A DNA stretch of 64,000 bases from Octopus vulgaris (lineage: Eukaryota). The position numbers and the translations under genes were made by a program. The notes beneath the pieces were generated by a model. The model searched no databases. It saw nothing but the letters and a program-made list of their open reading frames with translations, and was not told where the DNA came from. Positions 51,313-64,000 of the stretch are shown here, in pieces. Where the stretch lies: assembly GCA_951406725.2 (NCBI GenBank), contig OX597816.1, positions 45,260,001 to 45,324,000 on the forward strand. The letters run 5' to 3'. Each line of letters begins with the position of its first letter. Position 1 is the stretch's first letter.

Positions 51313-52577
51313 CAGGGGTCGGACAAAATAATGGAAACACCTAGCGTGATAGCATCATAATTTTGAAATATCTATAAAACCGTCAAAAGCTTGTTTATTT
51401 TTATGTTTTTTGATTTATTAATAGTGTTGCTTAATATGTCTTTCAAAAATTGCTGTTTCTTTTCAGATATTACCAGAAAAAAGTAATTAAAATTCATTAA
51501 AATGACAGGTCTATTGGACTGTCAAAGAGGTCAAATTGTTGGTGCTTGTATGGCAGATGCAAGCGTAATGAAAACAGCCAAAATGTTTGGTGTATCAAGA
51601 AGTACTCTCTCAAAAGTAATGACAGCCTTTGAGAAAGAAGGAAAAACCTCCTCGTTGAAAGAAAACTCTGGAAGAAAACCAAAACTTTCAGATAGGGACC
51701 ATCAGATTCTTATGTGAATTGTTAGAAAGGATCACAAAAGTACAACTCCCAAAATTACTGCAAAGCTTAATGACCACTTTGAGAACCCAGTTTCCACAAG
51801 AACTGTTCACCAGGAGCTGTACAAAGCCTGATTCCACAGGAGAGCTGCAATTAGAAAATCACTACTTTCAAAAACAAACGCTGCAAAGCATTTAGAGTGG
51901 AGTAAAACCTGCAGAATTGTTCCCTATAGCAGTGGAAAAATGTTATTTTCTTGGACAAGTCATCCTTTACCTTATTTCCAACCACCAGTCAAGTATATGT
52001 GTGGAGACAGCCAAAAGACGCTTTTGATCCAGACTGCCTTCTTCCAAGTGTTAAACATGGAGGAGTATCTGTGATGATCTGAGGGGGCTATATCTTGGAA
52101 ATTTGCCAGCCTAATGGTTTCCCTTCATGGCAGAATTAATAGTCAAGACTATTTAAGTGTTTTATCTGATCAAATTCATCCTATGTTTGCAGAACTGTTT
52201 CTGGGGAGAAAAGCAATCTTTCAGGATGATAATGCACCAATTCACACAGCTAAAGTTGTATTGAATGGCACGAGGAACATTCTAGTGAAGTTGAACATTT
52301 TATTTGGCCACCACAGTCCCCAGATCTCAATATTATTGAACATTTATGGTGCACTTTAGAAAAACAAGTAAGGAGTTAATATCCTCCGCCATCATCACTA
52401 CAAGAACTGGAGACTGTTTTAGCTGAAGAATGGACAAAAATTCCTTTGGAAACAATTCAGACTTTGTATGAGTCCATACCTCACAAGCTGTAATTACAGC
52501 CAAAGGCAGTCCTACCCCATATTAAAATAAATTTGTTTGAAATTTTAAGGTATTTCCATTATTTTGTCCAACCCCTG
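51313..52577 (+). mobile_element. Full-length Tc1-family transposon (DD36E type) with a decayed transposase at 51502-52525
   Basis: TA TSDs, 30-bp TIRs caggggtcggacaaaataatggaaacacct / aggtatttccattattttgtccaacccctg, 1265 bp. HTH N-terminus, GRKPKL, VIFLDKSSF, FQDDNAPIH, WPPQSPDLNIIEHLW. Stops and frameshifts present. Confidence 0.92.
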
Positions 52578-52825
52578 TATATATATATATATTGTGTGTA
52601 TATATATATATATATCTTTTAATGTGTTTCAGACATGTAATTCTGGCCAAGCTGGAGCACTGCTTTGAGGAGGGTTTTAGTCAAATCGACCCCAGGACTT
52701 ACTTTTGAAAGCCTAATACTTATTCTATTGGTCTCTTTTGCCGAACCACTAAGTTACGGGGAAGTAAACACACCAACACCAGTTGTCAAGTGGTGTTGGG
52801 GGACAAACAGAGACACAAAGACACA

Positions 52826-52867
<42 letters not shown>

Positions 52868-53626
52868 GGCTTCTTTCAGTTTCTATCTACAAACCCACTG
52901 ACAAAGCTTTAATTGGCCCAAGGCCATGCAAGCTTCTTACTACACAACCATAAGAATTTAGAACTTCGAGACGCATTAAATGATTTGTCTTTTTTAATTG
53001 CAGAACTTGAAGTAGATAAAGCTATAGATAATAGTATGTAATTATTGGCTTAAAAACCATTTGGATAGAAAAGGTCAAAGTGCAAAAGGGAGAGGCAAAC
53101 AGTCAGATAATCCTATGTATGCAACTGAAGAAGTATTAAATTTAAATAGCCCTCTATGAATCATACTTAATGTATATACATGGTTAACAAATTACTGAAG
53201 TTTGTGTCCGAGAGAGCTTGGAGTATGTTTAAGGGAAATTTGGTAGCTATTTCTAGTACTAATTTGTTTAGCATCAGGTTTGTATAGTTATTGTTGTATA
53301 GACATAGCTCAGGTCTGACTGAAGACACTTATGATCATGGGCATTCCAGTTATGACATTCACATCAGGCAACTTGGGATCACATCATACATGCTTTTTTT
53401 TAAGATAATGGAGTACGTTTAAGAGAAATTTGGTAGCTATTTCTAGTATCAGCTTGCTTAGTGTTAGGTTGTTGTTATTGCTGTTGTATAGACACAGCTT
53501 AGGTCTGACTGAAGAAACCTATGATCAAAGGGGATTTAACCATGACCATCCAGTATCTTTTTTAAGATGGAAGAGTGTGATTTTGAGTTATAATGGAGTT
53601 TTTATTTCTAGCAGGTTAATTAGAAA

Positions 53627-54119
53627 CCTGTAATGACATGCATAAGATCTGGTCATCAAATCTAAGTAGAGACTTCAAACTTGAAATATTCAAAGCCACA
53701 GTCGAACCAATTCTACTATATGGTTCAGAAACCTGGACGTTATCAAAGAAGCTTGAGAGGCGGTTGGATGGAACCTACACTCGCCTCCTTATGAGAGCTC
53801 AAAATCTCTCATGGAAGCGCCATCCAACCAAAATGCAAATATATGGGAAACTACCACCTGTGTCATCTCTTGTGAAAGGTAGGAGAGTCCAGTTTGCTGG
53901 ACATTGTTGTAGAGCTGAAAAAGAAGTAATTTCTACTCTTCTCCTCTGGAAGCCATCTACTCGCAATACCAGAGGGCGCACACTCTCCTACCCTGATGTA
54001 ATCTCCAGGGATACAGACATCCAGCAACAGGACCTCCGTAATGCCATGATGGACCGTGAAGTCTGGCGTAGCATGGTAAATTCCATTGTCTCGACCACGG
54101 TCGAACAATGATGATGATG
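53627..54119 (+). mobile_element. RTE-clade LINE, 5'-truncated 3' end with an uninterrupted ORF
   Basis: PILLYGSETWTL, RRVQFAGHCCR, DREVWR. The stop runs into a (TGA)n tail. Possible agaaa TSD. Confidence 0.85.
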
Positions 54120-54759
54120 AGAAATATATAGGCTTCTCTGGTGGCCCAACTGTTTAGAATCAAAAATATATGTAGGTGTTGTTGTTGGTGGTGGTGGTGC
54201 TGATGTTACTGCTGCTGCTGTTGGTGGTGGTGATGGTGGGGGGGCATTGTGGTAGTGGTGGTGATGTTAGTGATGGAGTTTGTTGTAGTGGTACTTATTG
54301 GTGATTGCTGATGGTGATGTTTAGCCCCAGGTCAACTCACACAGATCAGGCAGACTGTGATTGACTGATTGACTGATGGTGCAACTGGAATGATTTGTAA
54401 CCATCCAGTTGTGACTATCCCATCCATCTTTGTTTTTATTTTCTTTCACCCCACCCCCACCCCGAGATCTCAAGATCTCACTATCAAATATATCCTTTTC
54501 TGAGACAGTTGTATGTGAATTTCAGAGAGATTTCGCTACTGTTTCTACCATGACAAAGTGACCATATTGAGGTTCCACAACTGCCTTAACTAGAGGATGT
54601 ATGAATGCATGGAGTATAACAGTGCTGGAAGTAGTAGCAGCAGCAGCAGCAGCAGCAGGTGGTTGCAGACCATTTTCAAATTCATTCTATTACCCCATTC
54701 AACATATCCCAATTCAGCAACAACATGCCGCAGACATAAATAAAGAAATGTTGGTCTAA

Positions 54760-54763
54760 TTGC

Positions 54764-54812
<49 letters not shown>

Positions 54813-54912
54813 TGTGTATGTGTGTATATATATATATGTAGATATATGTATATATGTATGTGTATGTATATATGCATGTGTATGTATATATATATATAAA
54901 TATATATCTATG

Positions 54913-54943
<31 letters not shown>

Positions 54944-54966
54944 ATAAATATATATCTATATATATG

Positions 54967-54999
<33 letters not shown>

Positions 55000-55010
55000 G
55001 TGTATATATA

Positions 55011-55058
<48 letters not shown>

Positions 55059-55501
55059 ATATATGTATATTTGTTTGTATATTTTAGAGTACAACACATG
55101 CATATATAAATGTATGAATGTATGTATGTATGTATGTATGTATGTATGTATGTATGTATGTATGTATGTATGTATGTATGTGCATATGCATGTACTTAAG
55201 CACAATTGCACACCTGCTAAGAAACATCAATATCCATCTATTTGCAGAAATGCTAATGTATATACGCATATATACTGCACCATAATGACAAACACAAATA
55301 CATACATACGGACTCGTGTTGCACAGACACACACACAAACAATAAACATGCAATTTTTACACCAACACACATACACACATGCATTCATATATTGCATTGA
55401 TACATATATAAATAGAAACATATATATACATACATATGCACAAATATATATATATATATATATATATACATACATATGTATATATATATATATACACATA
55501 C

Positions 55502-55537
<36 letters not shown>

Positions 55538-55632
55538 GTATATACATATATATATATACATATATACATATATATATACATATATACACACACATATATA
55601 CATATACATATATATATGTATATATATATGTG

Positions 55633-55706
<74 letters not shown>

Positions 55707-55710
55707 TATT
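54760..55710. repeat. Compound (TA)n/(TG)n/(TATG)n microsatellite field
   Basis: Seen directly. Source of the YI/CV-rich ORFs. Confidence 0.95.
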
Positions 55711-56175
55711 GAAACCATCATCGAAATCCTGACATATTCAGAAACCAAATACTACCATTACACTATAACTTACAAAAAATAAATAAAAAATAAAATAGTA
55801 AGGACAAGGTGGAGGTTGAGGAGGAGGAGGAGGAAGAAGAAGAAGAAGAAGAAGAAGAAAGAAGAAAGAAGAAAGAAGAAGAAGAAGAAGAAGAAGAAGA
55901 AGAAGAAGAAGAAGAAGAAGAAGAAGAAGAATGAATGAATGAAAAGAGCAACGGAAGAAAAACAGTTTTAAAGAAAATTACATTTCACAGCAAAACACAG
56001 TCAAATTAACCTTTTGTGATGCATGAAAAGCTGCAGTCATTGCACATAGAAAAACACTGCAGAACTGCAGTCACTCCATAACCTATACTTTTCTAAAACC
56101 ACAGCCACTGAAAAATAGAATGGTGACAAAAGATTCCAATTCCAACTGAAAGCAGCCAATCAATTCCTTTCGGCT

Positions 56176-56231
<56 letters not shown>

Positions 56232-56703
56232 GCTGTTGTTGTTGTTAAATTTTGGTTTATTTTGTTCGGTCTTTTTTGGGGGGAGGTATTTTTTTCTTTG
56301 TCTTCTAGGTCTTACCATTCTCATAGTTATCGTCACCATCATCGACATCATGATCATTATAATGGTTTTAAAAGACCATGCTGGTATTCATTGGATAGGT
56401 CTGGCCTTAATGCAGCACATCTCCCGTCTGTCTAGCTAGCGAGTCAGCTCACAGCCAGAGTTCAATGTTCTCAGATCAAACACACACACACAGACACGTG
56501 AAAACACACACACGCACACACTCATACACATACATCTCCTAAATATTTTCTTAGCCTACATCTCCTGCAGATATCGTCCCTCCATCATCGACAGTACTAA
56601 AATTAAAATGGCCAAGTCAATATCATATACGTGTACAAGGTCACAGGTTTTAAGTTCAATCTTACAGCAAGCGTTTTATTGTGTATTTTAAGGGCAGACT
56701 CAA

Positions 56704-56923
56704 CCCTTTAACATTCACATTATTCTGTCGAAATTAATGCCAATTTATTCACATTGTTTTTAATTAATTGCTTATTGTCTTGTAGCTTTGAGATTTCGAT
56801 AAGGTAACTATTAATTTTTAGAATGACAGTACAGGGTTGGTGTGAGAGGCCAAATCTGGCCACTTTGTACATAAAACGGGTAGAATATTGTGACTGAATT
56901 TGGCTGGTTTAAATGCTAAAGGG
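56704..56923. mobile_element. piggyBac-type MITE family 2
   Basis: TCAA|ccctttaacatt ... aatgctaaaggg|TTAA, 220 bp. Confidence 0.75.
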
Positions 56924-57884
56924 TTAAACCAACATGCTTTTATCCATCTAGATGTCAGGATTAGAGTCCTAAATGATCTACGAATGCTACCTGAGAAAGA
57001 CTGGCATTTTATCCACAGAACATTTGCCTCTCATCCATTCAATAACTTTAAGAATAGGTGTGGCTGTGTGCATATGATAACAAAGTTTGCTTTGTAACCA
57101 GCTGTTTTCGGGAGCCAATCAACTCTGTGGTACCTTAGGAAAGTGTCTTCAACTATAGATGACCAATACCCAGTGAGTGAAATTGGCAAAGAGAAACTGC
57201 ACGAAAATTCATCATACACACACACTAACAAAGAAACACATGCACACACTAACAAACAAACATACACGCACATACACACATACATATGTTTGTCTATGTG
57301 GTAAGAAGTTTTCTTCCCAGCCATGTAGTTTTGGATTCAGTTTCACTGCATGGAACCTCGGGCAAATGTCTTCCACTATAACTCCAGGCTGATAAAAGCC
57401 TTGTGAGCAGATTTGGTCAATGGAAACTGAAAGAATCCCATGTATGTGTGTGTATGTGTGTGACTGTCTCCCTGCTTTGATTTAACATCAAAGAATTGTT
57501 GTAAACGAGTTTCCCCGTCATGCAAGTGTATATAGATAGCTAAGAGTACAAATAGTGATTACAATAACAGGATCTGAAATCTTATTGGTCTGTAGTTTCC
57601 CATAATTAGCTACACAACCAACATAAAGAAATGCTATGTGATTGCTCAAACTGCTAGAAATAGCATCTGTATTCAAAAAGGGAAGTCACAATGGAAAATG
57701 TAAGTCTAGACATTTCAAGGATATTTTCCTTTTTTCGTCCTGCTAACCACAGAAAAAAAACAAATAATGAAAGACAGATTAGTCATAGCTGATCATATAA
57801 TTGACCAATCAAGGATTAGGGGTTACCTGTGACTAAACAAAAATAATACATCCATCTTGCCTCTCTAAGAAATTTAGTACTAAC

Positions 57885-57989
57885 CTTGCTGAATTCCTGA
57901 AAGATGTAAGATAGAGTTCTTGGAATAATGCCTCTGTCAGCATATTTCTCAGCCCCTCCTGTGATTGTAAATGTTTTTCCACTGCCAGT
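57885..57989 (-). CDS. KIF6: Kinesin KIF6 exon (P-loop tail): TGSGKTFTITGGAEKYADRGIIPRTLSYIFQEFSK
   Basis: 105 nt, ttttacag acceptor and gttagt donor, phase 0/0. Peptide matches the KIF6 signature TGSGKTFTITGGAE.Y.DRGIIPRTLSYIF and not KIF9. Confidence 0.95.
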
Positions 57990-59499
57990 CTGTAAAATTA
58001 AATCAAAACACAAAGTTAGCAAATAATTAACACTTAAAAACCCTTAAATCAATGTTTCATTAGAGAACAAGGGACACCATCATTTGATGTTTCATAGTGA
58101 ACAATGGACATCATCAATTGAAGCTAGGATTGCATATGGGTAGGAGTTTGCAAGAGTGCATAGTGGGGGAGATATAGGGTAAATGAGAGAGAGGGAGGGT
58201 GGTAAGTAACAACCATAAAGATTGGGAGAAATTGAAGGGAGGAAGTGCATGAATTGGGGAAGGTAGAGGGATGCCAGCATCAAGATAGTAATATTGATAC
58301 AGGTGGCAAGCTGGCAAAACCATTAGCACACGGGGCGAAACGCTTAGCGGTATTTCGTCTGCCGTTACGTTCTGAGTTCAAATTCTGCAAATTGGACAGT
58401 TCGACCGGGGTCTGGGAAGCCAGGAGGCTGCACCAAGGTACAGTCTGGTCTGGCAGTGTTTCTACAGCTGGATGCCCTTCCTAACACCAACCACTCTGCA
58501 AGTGTAGTGGGTGCTTTTTATGTGCCAGGCAAGGCTGGCAATGGCCACGATCGGTTGGTGCTTTTTACGTGCTACCGGCACAGAGGCCAGAGGCCAATGA
58601 AAAAATAAGTAATATTGATACAGTTAGCAGGTGGAGAAGGGAGATAAGATGATTGGGTAGGCTGCAGGAGCAGAGTAAAAACATAGTGCATGATGAGGAA
58701 TAATTTGGTGGTTCTAAGGGGGGGATGGAATGGTCACTGTAACGAGGGTGTAGAGAATAATATTAATGGATAAAGAATGGCTAACAAGAGAAATGATTCT
58801 GGATAGCAAGGAAGAAAAATAGTATCAGAAGTGGAGAAGAGCTACAGTGGGAGAGATGTGGGGAGGAAAGACAATGTGAGAAGGAGATTGATTGATTACC
58901 TTTTTTTGTTTATGTACAGTTATATATATGTAAAGACATATATAAAACATATATAAAAGTAGTCAAACATCAACTGAATGATTATTACTCAATACATTTA
59001 AGTAAACGCATCACTTTTATTTTTATGTTTCAAACTTGTACAAATCAATGGTTTTGTCAGATTGTTGGATGAAGCCAGCAACTAGTGAAACTTTGAAATC
59101 AGTTTTCCTGGTGATATGTAATATATATATATATATTTTCCATGCTAGCATGGGTTGGACGGTTCGACCGGGGTCTGGGAAGCCAGGAGGCTGCACCAGG
59201 CTCCAGTCTGATCTGGCAGTGTTTCAACAGCTGGATGCCCTTCCTAACGCCAACCACTCCGTGAGTGTAGTGAATGCTTTTTACGTGCCACCAGGACAGG
59301 AGCCAGGAGAGGCTGGCAACGGCCACAGGGAGGCTGAATATATATATATATATATATATATTAGGGAGTAAATCTAAACTTACAAGGAAAAATTAGATTT
59401 AGGATTAAATCCAATTTTATATTTGCCTAATAATGGTCTTATCTCTAATTTAATATATATATATATATATAGAAGCCTTTTCTCTCTAATTCACATGTA

Positions 59500-59537
<38 letters not shown>

Positions 59538-59994
59538 TACAAGCTGTGAATTTCCGATTGCGAACAAGATAGGTGTTTTGAATTGCTATTTTCAACTCTT
59601 TACTGACCATTCATAATTTTATCAAATTTCTCTGTCTATCTTTGACCATTCATAATTTTATCAAATTTCTCTATCTGTCTATCTTATCTAATCTTATTCA
59701 TTTCATATCATTTCTCCTCGTATTAATCAACATTCGTATCTTCGCGGTGCACCCGCCCTACCCACCCCCACCACCAATACTGGATATCTATATTTTTGCT
59801 CCATCTATACCGGATGTCGCTTCTCCCACCACCATTATAGGTGTCTACTCTTCGAACCCCCCTCTTCAATACGCTATTTCACCATGCATTACCCCTCTCT
59901 CGATATCCTACGTTCTACTTGCCTAGAACCTGTCATCATTTCTCTGAACCACCCCTCCCCACTGGTGCTTCCCTATATTTCTGCACCCCCCCCC

Positions 59995-60240
59995 ACATAA
60001 AAAGCACCATCCGAACGTGGCCGATGCCAGACCCCTCTGGCACCTGTGCAGGTGGCACGTAAAAAACACCCACTACACTCGCGGAGTGGTTGGCGTTAGG
60101 AAGGGCATCCAGCTGTAGAAACACTGCCAGACTAGACTGGAGCCTGGGGCAGTCCCGAGCTCCCCAGACCCCGGTCGAAACCGTCCAACCCGTGCTAGCG
60201 CGGAAAACGGACGTTAAACGATGATGATGATGATGATGAT
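59995..60240 (+). mobile_element. Repeat family B (young copy)
   Basis: Family B 3' end with (GAT)n. Inverted copies at ~58395-58590 and ~59135-59330. Confidence 0.8.
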
Positions 60241-60451
60241 ATATATATATATATATACTTCTAATGTAGGATAAAATTTTTTTCCAAAATAAGTTTCATC
60301 AAAGTGGTGAGTATATTAAAATACCTTTAAAGGTGAAAATTATAAACAATTATAAACAAGGGCAAAAGAAAAAAGATTTCTATGGCAATATGCTGGGAAT
60401 ATACTTTAAATTGTCAATCACCACATTACAATATACATTCATATAGTTATA

Positions 60452-60483
<32 letters not shown>

Positions 60484-60679
60484 CGCCATGACATCAGAGC
60501 TTGACATTAACATTTAACCTTGATACAGTTCTGCAGCTCCTCACATCCTGTCCAACTGTCCAAATCCACCAACATGGAATGTGTGTGTGTGTGTGTGTGT
60601 GACTCAAAAAGAGAGAGGGAGAATCAGAGAAAAAATCTGTGAAGTTTTCAGCTTTCAGTAAACATACCATATATCAATA

Positions 60680-60714
<35 letters not shown>

Positions 60715-62034
60715 CGGGGACACACATATATATGATAACAAAGTATTTTACAATATTTTGCAATATAATTTTTTACACATTTTAAAACACTTTTAAATCT
60801 ATTTCCTGTAAGGCATATATCGGAGTGATTAAGTATATTTAGAATTTCATATAAACTTCTATAGAAATGCAGCATAACTAAACCTTGGTCTGAAACAACA
60901 CATTTTACCAACTGGAGTGGTGCCTAGCTCCCGCATGTTAGAATACAACAAGACAATATCCTTTGCCTAGGGATGCAGTGAAGTATCAATAACAGGATTC
61001 AAATTTATGAGTTAAGGTGCCGTAATTCCCTACCCTGGACAACACAAATTATTTTCTATATTGCTTTGAAAATTATTTCAATAGAATTTAATCCCAATTG
61101 TGTGGAATTGTTGAAGATCATTGACACCTCTTACAACGTCGTCTTTCATGTCCTCGCTTTACGTTATGAGGCTTAACTATCATTGAAAACAGGGCCTAGA
61201 GAGAGATTGGAAGAATTCAAAAGAATTAGTTCCATGAATATAGCACAGGCAAATTCAAAAACTCAGTGTTTGAAGGATTCATTTGTCTTAATATTAACGA
61301 ATGACAATAATTAATCTTAGAATTTTAAAGCTCCACCAGCCAGGTATTTATTATTTCAGTGTGAAAGGAAGCAAAAATGGTCAAAACGGTTGACAAAGTA
61401 CAGCTAAAAAAATGAAAGGAGACCAATCATTGAGGTTAATTACTAACAGAAACCATCCGCATAAGATGCAATAGTTAATTATAATTAATATAATTAATGA
61501 ATTAAGTGTTAAATATCTAATTATATACATTTATGCAGTGAGGAAAAGACAGCGTTAAGCTCTATGATTAATATTATTTCATTATTTTGATAACAACCCC
61601 AGGCCCTGACCAAGGCCTTGTGAGTGGATTTTGTAGACAGAAACTGAAAGAATTACACATATATATATACATATGCATATGTGTATGCATGTGTGTGTGT
61701 GTATCTTTGTAAGGACAACATGCGATAGTTGTAAACGAACATCCCTGTCATACAAGTAATGTTGTTAATTTCCAGCCTACGTCTGGCAATGCAGAAACAT
61801 TATCTTGCTTGGAAACAGGTGAAGGTTGTCAGCGGGAAGAGCATCCAGCCATAGAAAGTCTGCCTCAGCATATTCCATTTGAGCCATGCAAGCATTTAAA
61901 TGATGATGGCAACAACAACAACGACGATGATGATGATGATGATAATGGTGATGAGGATGATAGTTTTTCATACCTATTCTCAGACAGCCGTGTACATCGA
62001 AATAGTGGCTCTCTTATCACTACTTTGGGAAGTT

Positions 62035-62815
62035 TAGTGAAGTCTATGCTTTGCTGAGGAGATCTAATAATACTGAAATATGTTCAGAGTTGTCTTTTAT
62101 ATTTGGCCAAAATAGTTAAAATGATATTAATCTCCAATACATAATTATTTATAAGTACTTAATTATCACTATACTAAAAGTGGTAGCACAAACTTAAACA
62201 CATGTTAAGTCTGTGTTAGTATATTTAATGCATAGAGAATTAAAATGCTGACTAGAAATAATTATTCAATGGCTGGAATGGGAGACAACTTCAGACATTT
62301 CAGTCTTATAATGACCTTATCAGCAAAACACAGACTTCATCATACTTTACCTTCTAAGTAATTTTAGTTTTTATTAACCACCCCTTATACGATTTTATAC
62401 ATTTACTTAATGATTTTTTTATCATTTCTTTGATATGTAGTGACAAGTAGATGTTTTGCTAAAGAGATCATAATAAGAATGGAACAGTCATTGCCTATTC
62501 ATTTTTTTTCTCACCACATAATTGTTTTTAGTTAGCTATTTAATTCATTATTCTTCACAATTTCATCACACTTTATACTTATTAACAAAAATGTATTTAG
62601 TGATCAAATTATTTAAAGTGGCTATATGATGAATGATAATAATGATAATAATTAAGTTAGTGTTAACATATTTAATACGAAATAACTAAGCAGTGTAAAA
62701 AACTTTACTTAATGGTTAATATCATTTTTACTTTTTCAGCTAACATGAGAGGCAATTCTAAACAGGTTTTCATCTTATTCAGACCTTGTCAGCAAAGGAC
62801 AATCTTCACCATACT
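62035..62815. repeat. Three diverged copies of a pseudo-LTR-like unit with minimal hammerhead motifs (one +, two -)
   Basis: + 62049-62089 ctttg-CTGAGGA..GAAA-tat-GTT-cagag. - 62289-62328 ttttg-CTGATAA-ggtc..gact-GAAA-t-GTC. - 62756-62797 ctttg-CTGACAA-ggtct..GAAA. Confidence 0.55.
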
Positions 62816-62854
62816 AGTCAATGTAGTGATAAAAGAATTAGTAAATGTGTCAAT

Positions 62855-63372
62855 CATGACCTTCGAATGTTGGGCCTCACAGAGGCAATGACGAAAGACC
62901 AAGACCTCTGGAGATATGCTGTGACTGCGAAGACACGACAACTGAAGTGAGTTCATGGCTTGCAGGACGGCCTGCTGTGCTTGAGGAGACCTATTGAGTC
63001 AAGTACATCAACATCAAAATAAAAATCAAATGGAAATTGTAGTTGTGACACCCATGCCTGTGGCATGTAAAAAATACCATCTGAACGTGGCCAATGCCAG
63101 CGCCGCCTAGACTGGCATCCATGCCAGTGGCACGTAAAGAGCACCAAGCGATCATGAATGTTGCCAGCCTCCTCTGGCCCCTGTGCCGGTGGCACATAAA
63201 AAGCACCCACTACACTCACAGAGTGGTTGGCATTAGGAAGGGCATCCAACTATAGAAACACTGCCAGATCAGACTGGAGCCTGGCGCAGCCTACTGGTTT
63301 CCCAGACCCCAGTCGAACCGTCCAACCCATCTTAGCATGGAAAACGGATGTTAAACAATGATGATGATGATG
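62855..63372 (+). mobile_element. Repeat family B, long form
   Basis: Collinear with 25130-25745. An inverted older relative follows at ~63520-63940. Confidence 0.8.
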
Positions 63373-64000
63373 GTATTGTATATTTGTTATAGTAAATAAT
63401 AAATAGAATCCTTTAGAAGTTAAGTAATACAAATACACCATCCACATAAAAGACAATGGGTACGTTAGTGTTAGCATCGTACAGAACATACACATACATA
63501 TACATAGATACATATATCATCATCATCATCATCATCACTTACCATCCATTTTTCCATGCTGGCATGGGTTGGATGGTTTGACAGGACCTGGACAGCTGAA
63601 GAGCTGTCCGAGTTCCATGTCTGTTCTGGCACGGTTTATATGGCTGGATGCACTTCCTAATACCAACCACTTAACAGAGTGTACTGGGTGCTTTTACACA
63701 GCATTGGCATGGGTGCGTTTATGTGGCACCAGCACAGGTGCTTTTTATGTGGCACCTGCACCCACAAGCCTGCAAGGTTAGGATTGCTCAGCTGAAGCAA
63801 GACATAGGGGATATGCCTATATGCAAGGACAACCACAATTTTACTTAGCTTAACATGTCTTTTCAAGCACAGCAAATCACCAGAGGACTTGGTCCCTTGT
63901 CATCCCCTCCGTGAGGTCCAGTGTCTGAAGATCCTTTCACCAATGTCTGAAGATCCTTTCTATATACACACATACGTATACATGCATACAAGCATATATA

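Noticed and set aside
53220-53600. CTGAAGA within ~190-bp direct repeats
   Set aside because: No downstream GAAA or cleavage triplet. It looks like a local duplication of an old repeat.
54760-55782. 340-aa YI/CV-rich ORF and similar ORFs throughout the window
   Set aside because: Translations of TA/TG/TATG microsatellites.
57990-64000. Expected upstream KIF6 exon ending in TIFAYGQ
   Set aside because: Not found by eye. It probably lies beyond the window.

Overview
AT-rich, microsatellite- and SINE-saturated animal DNA. The repeat content suggests an octopus or other coleoid cephalopod (inference). The whole window lies inside one minus-strand gene, a kinesin-9 family KIF6 orthologue. Five GT-AG exons (57885-57989, 26504-26613, 22702-22831, 14338-14456, 12522-12609) splice in frame to 184 aa of motor domain covering the P-loop tail, switch I and switch II. 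The introns hold at least five SINE families, CR1-, RTE- and R4/Dong-type LINE fragments, two Penelope GIY-YIG remnants, Tc1/mariner elements (including a full-length DD36E copy), TTAA piggyBac-type MITEs, Helitrons and a decayed C2H2 zinc-finger array. Nearly all other listed ORFs are microsatellite artefacts. The main signal not shown by the ORF track is about a dozen type I hammerhead-ribozyme (HHR) motifs in small, mutually unrelated non-coding elements: direct-repeat units of about 320-470 bp, hairpin elements and palindromes. Three have complete cores and all three helices (5009-5059, 36276-36388, 51062-51114). Every intact-core copy I found is antisense to KIF6. All calls were made by eye, and repeat boundaries are approximate unless a TSD or TIR is quoted.
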